DNA of 35,060 bases, from the NCBI GenBank assembly GCA_030835005.1, contig JAUQWT010000279.1, positions 1 to 35,060 on the forward strand. The letters are read 5' to 3'. Every line of letters begins with the position of its first letter. Position 1 is the stretch's first letter. Below are positions 26,042-32,984 of the stretch, one piece after another. The notes below the pieces were generated by a model, which had not been told where the DNA came from, ran no database searches, and worked only from the letters and a program-made list of their open reading frames with translations. The translations under genes were made by a program, and so were the position numbers. Origin of the DNA: Ignavibacteria bacterium (lineage in GTDB: Bacteria > Bacteroidota > Ignavibacteria > Tepidaquicellales > OLB5).

Positions 26042-26691
26042 GTTAATTCTATATTTAATATTCTATTATTTTTCCTAATGTATAAAACGTTCTTCTCAGT
26101 TCTTTCACTTTTAGAATGCTGAGAATTTTCAAAATCAGATGAATAATCGAAAATTATCTTCTGGACTCTCTTGGCTGCAATCACTGCGGGAATATTTTTT
26201 GGATCCAGCTTTGTGTTTACTTTTGTTAGAATGCTCTTAATTTCAATTTTGTTTTTCAGTGTTACAACAAACCTTGCACTGTTATGGTTCTGTTCTCTTA
26301 CCAGCACTCTGTAAATCTCACAAGCAGGCTCTTCATAAGGATGAACCCTGTAAATAGTATCAACTACTTCATCAAGCAAATATCTTTCACAAATCATCTC
26401 TAGCCTCACTTCTTCAACCATTTCAAACCTGTTTTTCTTGCCAATCACCGGGGCAGAACCCTCACCCCCAATGAACGTCCCTACGCCCTTAGATCTGAAT
26501 GAACATACTTCGTATTTTCCGATCCTGCCTGCACCCGCAGATGCCATTGCAAAAGTAAGTTCATCAACATTTTCTAAAGGAACGTAAACTGCAATTTTAT
26601 ATTTTTCTGCAAATGATACTCCTGCCGGTTCAATGCTTTTTATGTTTTGCTTACTGAATATCTTATGTGCAGTTTTTTCGGCGAAATTCAT
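26038..26691 (-). CDS. NIF3-related protein containing only the PII/CutA-like insert domain of long NIF3 (YqfO-type) proteins
   Basis: Residues about 30-130 (KIAVYVPLENVDELTFAMASAGAGRIGKYEVCSFRSKGVGTFIGGEGSAPVIGKK..VEEVRLEMI...VHPYEEPACEIYRV) match the insert-domain pattern G.IG.Y..C.F...G.G.F....G..P.IG....V.E.R.E....HPYEE. I cannot see the His/Asp/Glu metal-binding motifs of the NIF3 core halves. Confidence 0.55.
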   Translation of the reverse strand: MNFAEKTAHKIFSKQNIKSIEPAGVSFAEKYKIAVYVPLENVDELTFAMASAGAGRIGKYEVCSFRSKGVGTFIGGEGSAPVIGKKNRFEMVEEVRLEMICERYLLDEVVDTIYRVHPYEEPACEIYRVLVREQNHNSARFVVTLKNKIEIKSILTKVNTKLDPKNIPAVIAAKRVQKIIFDYSSDFENSQHSKSERTEKNVLYIRKNNRILNIELT

Positions 26692-26699
26692 TTTGGCAC

Positions 26700-26729
26700 A
26701 AAAAAAAGTCCCGTTTTTATTTTCGGGAC
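26700..26729 (-). terminator. terminator-like hairpin + U8 located 9 nt upstream of the NIF3-like start codon (possible attenuator or end of an upstream small transcript)
   Basis: Minus strand reads GTCCCG-AAAATAAAAA-CGGGAC-TTTTTTTT-GTGCCAAA-ATG. Confidence 0.4.
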
Positions 26730-26894
26730 GCTGTTCATTTAAATCTGTTAAAGTTGTTTTTAGGCTTATTCTGAATAGAAAATTTAGTTATTTTTATTCT
26801 CATAGTTGCTCAAAAATAGCAGTACTTAATTTTAATTTCAATGCAAATCAAACCTGTATAGCAGAACATTAATTGACTAATTTTTGTTTAATTA

Positions 26895-27308
26895 GTGAGA
26901 ATGATGGATAAGATCAAAGAAATGCTCGAAAATACAAAATCTATTGCTGTAATCGGTTTAAAAAACGATGAAACAGAGATTTCATACAAAGTAACAATGT
27001 ATATGCAGGAACAAGGATTCAAGATTTATCCGGTAAATCCGAAATTTGAAGGTGAAACTATACTAAAAGAAGTGGTTTTCGAAAAGGTAAACCATATAAT
27101 TGATGTTATCGATATGGTTAATATATTCAGGAAACCTGAGTTCTTGGCTGAACATGCAATAGAAATACTCCAAATGAAGCCATTACCAAAATTTGTTTGG
27201 TTTCAGCTTGGTATTTATAATGACGTTGCGGCAGAGATGCTGAAGAATAACGGCATAAAGGTCATACAAAACAGGTGTATAATGGTTGAACACGTGAATA
27301 TGAAATAA
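26895..27308 (+). CDS. CoA-binding domain protein (YccU/CoA_binding_2 family)
   Basis: SIAVIGLKNDETEISYKVTMYMQEQGFKIYPVNPKFEGETI is a typical Rossmann-like N-terminus for this family. The true start may be the ATG at 26901 or 26904 rather than the GTG at 26895. Confidence 0.75.
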   Translation: MRMMDKIKEMLENTKSIAVIGLKNDETEISYKVTMYMQEQGFKIYPVNPKFEGETILKEVVFEKVNHIIDVIDMVNIFRKPEFLAEHAIEILQMKPLPKFVWFQLGIYNDVAAEMLKNNGIKVIQNRCIMVEHVNMK

Positions 27309-27547
27309 TCAGTTCATACAAGTTTTATGACTTTTGTCTCAGTGGAAGTATGTCTTATTATGTATGATATGATTTGAATTATAGTTAACTTACAATATTG
27401 TACTTTAATATATTTTAAGATCAATTTTTGAATCTTTTTACACACCGGCCTTAGCAATTCTGAAAACATTCCCGAAAAAGAGATTCACTGGTTTCTTAAA
27501 TTAATATTTGGTGAACATAAATTTTTTATTATTAAATAAAACAGCAT

Positions 27548-28468
27548 ATGCTTAGATATAAAGCAGACATAAAAACCCTTATCTACATGGGTTTAACAAC
27601 TTCGCTTTTTGTTCTTCAGTGGATGGTTTTCGGGTTTCATCCGGCTGCCTACATTGTATTCCTGTTTCTTTCGGTTTCCGTTGCAGTAATAACGCATAAT
27701 CACAACCATGTCAGGATATGGAAATCGGATTTTTTGAATACATTACAAGACTGGTGGCTTACCGTATTCTATGGTTTCCCGGTGTTTGCTTGGATACCTA
27801 CTCACAATAAGAATCACCACAAGCTTAATAACAGGCTTGGCGATTATACCATCACCTATCGTTTCAGTGAAAAGAACAACATGCTGACCTTATTGACATA
27901 TCCTTCAATCAGCGGTTACTACCAACAGAAAGCGATCAAGGATTACCTTAGAGATATGTATAGGAATAAAAGGAACAGATTCTATCTGAGTATTGCACAA
28001 TACGTTGTGCTTGTAATTTGGGTTGCTGCATTTTTGCTTCTGGACTGGAAGAAAGCAATATTATATGTCATAATTCCGCAGCAGGTTTCACTTTTCAGTG
28101 TGCTGATATTCAATTACGTTCAGCACGTGCATGCAAACGAAGAATCTGCATGGAACCACTCGCGTAACTTCACCGGTTTCTTGAACTTTCTATTGTTCAA
28201 TAACGGATTACATACAGTTCACCACGAAACAGCAGGACTTCACTGGAGCCAAGTGCCTGCTGCACACAAAAAAGTTGAACACCTGATTGATGATTCTCTT
28301 AAGGAAAGAAGCTTCTGGTGGTATATCTTCAGAAATTATGTAATGGGTTTTTTCAGCAAAAAGTATAAGACTGATTCCATGAGATTGAGAAGGATAGAAG
28401 CTGAGCGCTTAGCAAAACTTAAGGAAGAAGAATCCAAGACTCACGAAAGGGAGGCTATTTTAGCTTAA
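27548..28468 (+). CDS. membrane fatty-acid desaturase/hydroxylase family protein (three His boxes)
   Basis: His boxes HNHNH, HNKNHH and HTVHH (plus QHVHA), separated by hydrophobic TM segments. Confidence 0.8.
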   Translation: MLRYKADIKTLIYMGLTTSLFVLQWMVFGFHPAAYIVFLFLSVSVAVITHNHNHVRIWKSDFLNTLQDWWLTVFYGFPVFAWIPTHNKNHHKLNNRLGDYTITYRFSEKNNMLTLLTYPSISGYYQQKAIKDYLRDMYRNKRNRFYLSIAQYVVLVIWVAAFLLLDWKKAILYVIIPQQVSLFSVLIFNYVQHVHANEESAWNHSRNFTGFLNFLLFNNGLHTVHHETAGLHWSQVPAAHKKVEHLIDDSLKERSFWWYIFRNYVMGFFSKKYKTDSMRLRRIEAERLAKLKEEESKTHEREAILA

Positions 28469-28490
28469 CAATTTTAGTTTTCATATTAAG

Positions 28491-28524
28491 AAAGCCCGTT
28501 AAATAATTAACGGGCTTTTGTTTT
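28491..28524. terminator. bidirectional intrinsic terminator between convergent genes
   Basis: AAAGCCCGTT-AAATAATT-AACGGGCTTT is a 10-bp stem. It is followed by TGTTTTG on the plus strand and preceded by an A-rich stretch. Confidence 0.7.
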
Positions 28525-28548
28525 GCTCAATTTTTGCTTTATGTTTTC

Positions 28549-29007
28549 CTATTGGCCTGCGGGTATTTTAACATTTCTTCTTGCAATTACATCAGTAAGC
28601 GTGAGAGTTGTTTCTTTAAAGCTGAAGTAATACTCGTTGCTTTTAAAATCAACATATTTCTGCAAAAGGTAATTCTTAACATTCCCCTCTTTTTCAAGCG
28701 ATACCAGCCAGGTACTTGGAGTCACTTCAACTACTGCAGCACCATTGTAAGCAGAACCGAGTTTATATACCTCAGTTTCAAGATATGCCGCAAGATCTTC
28801 GTCATCAGAATCTGAAAGAAAGTCAATAAGAATGGAGGCAGAGAATTTTTCTTCAGGGGTCAAATTTGTGTCAGCCGGATTTTCACCGTCTTCAATTTGT
28901 GGTTTCTGAGTATTCTGCTGAGGCGGAGTGTCGTTTTTAGAACATCCAATTAATGATGCAAAAACAAGCAGGAGCAGAACTTTAACGGGAATTTCTAAGG
29001 ATTTCAT
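28549..29007 (-). CDS. lipoprotein of unknown function, translationally coupled to the upstream alpha-oxoamine synthase
   Basis: Lipobox VFASLIG|C. Acidic linker followed by a small alpha/beta domain. Its ATG overlaps the TAA of the upstream gene (TAATG at 29009-29005). Confidence 0.7.
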   Translation of the reverse strand: MKSLEIPVKVLLLLVFASLIGCSKNDTPPQQNTQKPQIEDGENPADTNLTPEEKFSASILIDFLSDSDDEDLAAYLETEVYKLGSAYNGAAVVEVTPSTWLVSLEKEGNVKNYLLQKYVDFKSNEYYFSFKETTLTLTDVIARRNVKIPAGQ

Positions 29008-30200
29008 TAAGCTATTATTCCCAGCTCTTTTCCTATGCTGCCAAAAAGTTCCAGAATCCTGTCCAAATGCTCTTTTTCGTGGCTTGACATATATGAAGTT
29101 CTCAGCATTGCCATACCAACGGGCACACCCGGAGAAATAAACGCATTTGTAAATACGCCTGCATCAAATAATTTGCGCCAGAAAATAAAGGTTCGTTCAT
29201 CGTCACCTATAATTACAGGAACAATTCCGGTTTGGCCGTCAATTATTGTGAATCCAAGTTTTGTAAACCCTGCGCGCATATAATCCGCATTGGATACCAG
29301 CCTTTCAACTCTCCACGGCTCTTCTTCCAGTATTTCAAGTGCTGCCATTGCTGCTGCAACTGAGGCTGGAGTTGGCGATGCGCTGAAGATCAGTGCCGGG
29401 GCATGATGCTTGATGTAATTCAAAACTCTTTCAGCGCCCGCAACAAATCCGCCAAGCGAAGCAAAAGTCTTTGAGAATGTTCCCATCGTCATATCAACCT
29501 TATCCATAATACCGTAATGTGAGCCCGTTCCTCTTCCGCCTACGCCGATTACTCCAACTGAATGCGCATCATCTATAAGTATTCTTGCACCGTATTCCTG
29601 TGCCAATGCAACCATTCTTGGCAGGTGAACTATTTCGCCTGTAGTAGAAAAAACTCCGTCTGAAACTATCAGCTTGCCCTTATCCTTAGGAATTCTTTTC
29701 AATACAGCCTCTAGGTCATCCATTTCGTTATGCTTGTAACGCTTGAATTCAGCGAATGCGCCTTTTGCCATTAGATCTGCGGCAACAATACACGCATGGT
29801 TATCTTTATCGGATATTACATACTCTCCTTTTTGAACAAGTGTAGGGATAATTCCCTGTGCCGTTTGGTAGCCGGTTGAAAAAAGCAAAACGGCTTCAGT
29901 GCCGAAGTATTTAGCCATTTTGGCTTCAAGCTCTATATGAAGATCAAGAGTACCAGTCAAATAACGCGAGCCGCTGCAGCCGGTTCCGTATTTTTCTACG
30001 GCCTTAATTGCTGCTTCCTTAACTTTTGGATGTGCGGTCAGCCCAAGGTAATTATTCGAGCCAGCCATGATCATCTTTTTGCCTTCTATCTGAACAACCG
30101 GTCCTTCGTTCTCTTCTATTGGGCGGAAATAAGGATAAAGCCCTGACTTTTTGACCTCATCGGCTCTTACAAAATCAAAACACTTCTGAAATAAATCCAC
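29007..30200 (-). CDS. PLP-dependent alpha-oxoamine synthase (BioF/KBL/SPT family); best motif match is serine palmitoyltransferase
   Basis: [76 protein letters not shown] and [14 protein letters not shown] (PLP Lys). These track my memory of Sphingomonas SPT ([68 protein letters not shown]) more closely than E. coli KBL. GTG start. Confidence 0.7.
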   Translation of the reverse strand: MDLFQKCFDFVRADEVKKSGLYPYFRPIEENEGPVVQIEGKKMIMAGSNNYLGLTAHPKVKEAAIKAVEKYGTGCSGSRYLTGTLDLHIELEAKMAKYFGTEAVLLFSTGYQTAQGIIPTLVQKGEYVISDKDNHACIVAADLMAKGAFAEFKRYKHNEMDDLEAVLKRIPKDKGKLIVSDGVFSTTGEIVHLPRMVALAQEYGARILIDDAHSVGVIGVGGRGTGSHYGIMDKVDMTMGTFSKTFASLGGFVAGAERVLNYIKHHAPALIFSASPTPASVAAAMAALEILEEEPWRVERLVSNADYMRAGFTKLGFTIIDGQTGIVPVIIGDDERTFIFWRKLFDAGVFTNAFISPGVPVGMAMLRTSYMSSHEKEHLDRILELFGSIGKELGIIA

Positions 30201-30362
30201 TGTAAAGACGCTCCTTGCTTATAGCTTGATTAAATTAATTGATATTACGGTATTTATTGAATATGTTTGAATACTAATTTACTTCATTTATGAAATTATA
30301 ACAAGGAAAATCAGTTTTAGCGGATTGCATGTGCTGGAATTTAATTAAAGGAAAATTATCAA

Positions 30363-31349
30363 ATGGCTACAGCATTTATTACAGGCGCTACGGGATTCAT
30401 AGGCTCACATTTAGTTGATGAATTGCTTAAGAAAAATTACACGATCAAATGCCTTATAAGGAAATCGAGCAGCAAAAAATGGCTGGAAGGCAAGCCTGTT
30501 GAGTATATTGAGGGCGACCTGTTCACCCAGAGCGTGCTTGAAAAAGCACTAAGCGGCGTTGATTATGTTTATCACGTGGGCGGTGTTACATTTGCAAAGA
30601 AGAAAGAAGAGTTTTACCGCGGAAACGTTGAAGCAACTAAAAGCCTGCTGGATGCATGCTACAGGTTCAATCCCGGAGTGAAAAAGTTCATTCACGTTAG
30701 TTCACAGGCAGCGGTCGGTCCCTCGTTTGACGGAAAGCCGATAGATGAAACAAGAGACTATTACCCTTTAACTACTTACGGAAGAAGTAAAGTTGAAGCC
30801 GAAAAAGCAGTTATAGATTATTTTGATAAGATCAAATGCACGGTCGTGAGGCCACCTGCTGTTTACGGACCAAGAGATTATGCCATTTACGAGTATTTCA
30901 AATCAATGAACCGCGGCTTGCAGCCATTAATCGGATTTGATAACAAGCTCATTAGCCTGATTCATGGCGTTGACCTTGTGCGCGGATTTATCTTGGCGGG
31001 TGAATCAGATATATCTGCATCTGAAATATATTTTATTGCATCGGAGAAATTCTACAACTGGCGCGATGTTGGGAATATGACCCAAAAACTTCTGGGAAGA
31101 AAAACTGTTCGCCTTGTTATCCCCCATTTTGCAGTTAAAACAACTGCATTCTTCTCGCAGGTCTTTGGAGTGTTTTCTAAAAAGCCAATTGTGCTGAACA
31201 TAGAAAAATCAAGGGAGCTTACTCAGGCTTACTGGATATGCTCAATTGAAAAAGCGCAAAGAGAGCTTGGCTTCAAAGAAAGCTTCACGCTCGAAGAAGG
31301 TTTCCGAGATACGATTGACTGGTATAGATTGGAAGGCTGGTTGAAGTAA
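30363..31349 (+). CDS. NAD(P)-dependent epimerase/dehydratase-type extended SDR
   Basis: FITGATGFIGSHLV dinucleotide loop, and a YGRSK catalytic YxxxK. Transcribed divergently from the alpha-oxoamine synthase across a 162-bp gap. Confidence 0.8.
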   Translation: MATAFITGATGFIGSHLVDELLKKNYTIKCLIRKSSSKKWLEGKPVEYIEGDLFTQSVLEKALSGVDYVYHVGGVTFAKKKEEFYRGNVEATKSLLDACYRFNPGVKKFIHVSSQAAVGPSFDGKPIDETRDYYPLTTYGRSKVEAEKAVIDYFDKIKCTVVRPPAVYGPRDYAIYEYFKSMNRGLQPLIGFDNKLISLIHGVDLVRGFILAGESDISASEIYFIASEKFYNWRDVGNMTQKLLGRKTVRLVIPHFAVKTTAFFSQVFGVFSKKPIVLNIEKSRELTQAYWICSIEKAQRELGFKESFTLEEGFRDTIDWYRLEGWLK

Positions 31350-31580
31350 GTTTCTGTGGTTTTTGCTCCTGATGTCGTTTAGGCGGCCATTAGCCCACCT
31401 TAAGATATTATTAATTAATAACTTACCCGCTATCAAATAGTCATTTTGCCAAAATATCAATTTTTGGTCAATTTCCACTCATCCCACCACCCTTTTCAAT
31501 TGACTAAAAGCCCTTTTTTCGCTATTTTTGTTGTTCTATACATTTCGATCAATAAATTTAATATAATATAAAGGTTAACA

Positions 31581-32240
31581 ATGGCTACTATGAACTTGTC
31601 TGCTCAGAAAAGAGAAGATCTGGGCAACTCAACTACTAAGACTGCAAGAAAAAAGGGATTCATTCCCGGAGTGTTTTATTTTAAAGATGCGCCATCTGTT
31701 GCAATAAGCGTAAAGGAAACTTCTCTGAATCCGTTTGTTTTTACATCAGAAGTAAGAATAATAAATTTACAGATCGAAGGCGCTGATAAACCATATAACT
31801 GTATCTTGAAAGAGGTTCAGTTCGATCCAGTCAGCGATAAACCAATTCATTTTGACCTGCTCGGTATTTTGGAAAATGAGAAAATTAAAGTTGAAGTGCC
31901 GCTTAAGCTTGTTGGAGCTCCGGTTGGAGTGAGAGATGGCGGTGTTGTTCAGCATAATCTTCACTCTCTTGAAGTTGAATGTTTACCCGCATATATTCCT
32001 TCTCATATTGATGTTATGATAGCCGATCTGAAGATTGGTGATTCAGTTCATGTCAGTGATCTGAAAATTGAAAATGTTGAGGTCCTTTTTGACCCTAATG
32101 CTACAATAGTATCATGTGTTCCGCCTGCAGTTGAAAAGGCTCCTGAGACAGAAGCCGTTGAAGGTGAAGCAGCAGCAGCAGAGCCTGAAGTTATTGCCAA
32201 GGGCAAGAAAGACGAAGAAGAAGAAGCTGAGAAGAAATAA
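31581..32240 (+). CDS. rplY: 50S ribosomal protein L25 / general stress protein Ctc (long form)
   Basis: N-terminus ...LSAQKREDLGNSTTKTARKKGFIPGVFY, a beta-barrel core, and a C-terminal E/A/K-rich tail. Confidence 0.85.
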   Translation: MATMNLSAQKREDLGNSTTKTARKKGFIPGVFYFKDAPSVAISVKETSLNPFVFTSEVRIINLQIEGADKPYNCILKEVQFDPVSDKPIHFDLLGILENEKIKVEVPLKLVGAPVGVRDGGVVQHNLHSLEVECLPAYIPSHIDVMIADLKIGDSVHVSDLKIENVEVLFDPNATIVSCVPPAVEKAPETEAVEGEAAAAEPEVIAKGKKDEEEEAEKK

Positions 32241-32266
32241 TCCCGTTATGGGATTTTTCTTTTTGT
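32239..32266 (+). terminator. weak intrinsic terminator after rplY
   Basis: AATCCC-GTTAT-GGGATT followed by TTTCTTTTTG. Confidence 0.45.
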
Positions 32267-32288
32267 ATAGAGCCCTTTACCGGCATAA

Positions 32289-32930
32289 TTGCTTTATGAA
32301 CAGGATAATTTTTTTGAAATTTTATTGAGCAATGTTTATTGTATAGTTGGTTTGGGTAACCCCGGATCAAAATACCATGACACCCGGCACAATGCCGGTT
32401 TTGTGGTGATAGATAAGCTTGCTGAGTTCTTTAAAATAGAAGAGTTTGAATTTGAAGACAACTACCTTTATGCTGTAATTGATTACAAAGATAAACAGAT
32501 TGCATTTATGAAGCCTCTTACATTTATGAACCTTAGCGGTAAAGCTGTTAAGGCTTTTTATGATAAGTACGAGATCCCGGCAGAGAATTTGCTTATTGTT
32601 TATGATGATGTTAATCTGGATTTTGGTGTCATTCGTCTCAGGCCAAATGGTTCTGATGGAGGACAAAACGGGATAAAATCGGTAATCTACGAAATGGAAA
32701 CAGAAAATATCCCAAGACTTAGGGTAGGGATAAGATCTGCTGAGGATTTTGAGAGGCTGCAAAGTGAAGAAGGGTTTTCCCTGGCAAATTATGTACTTTC
32801 GGGATTCAGCGAAAAAGAGTTTGAGTTAATTGATAAAGTTGCAGACTCCGCAAAAGATGCAGTGTTGAGTTTCATTGATGCAGGTTTAGAAGATACCATG
32901 AACAGGTTTAACAGGAACATACTTGAATAA
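32289..32930 (+). CDS. pth: peptidyl-tRNA hydrolase
   Basis: IVGLGNPGSKYHDTRHNAGF, plus LRPNGSDGGQNGIKS. The start is uncertain: the in-frame TTG at 32325 would give the usual short N-terminus (MSNVYCIVGLGNPG). Confidence 0.85.
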   Translation: MLYEQDNFFEILLSNVYCIVGLGNPGSKYHDTRHNAGFVVIDKLAEFFKIEEFEFEDNYLYAVIDYKDKQIAFMKPLTFMNLSGKAVKAFYDKYEIPAENLLIVYDDVNLDFGVIRLRPNGSDGGQNGIKSVIYEMETENIPRLRVGIRSAEDFERLQSEEGFSLANYVLSGFSEKEFELIDKVADSAKDAVLSFIDAGLEDTMNRFNRNILE

Positions 32931-32984
32931 ACTTCTGCATCATAGATTTTTAAAGAAAGTAAATATTACAAACCAAATAATAAT

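Noticed and set aside
29007-31349. Interpretation of the alpha-oxoamine synthase + SDR pair as kbl-tdh (threonine degradation) or as bioF
   Set aside because: This is not fully excluded. However, the discriminating blocks resemble SPT rather than KBL (GFGMASVRFICGT, SSCFDANGG), and no other biotin genes are nearby. It is kept as the stated refutation test for the sphingolipid finding.
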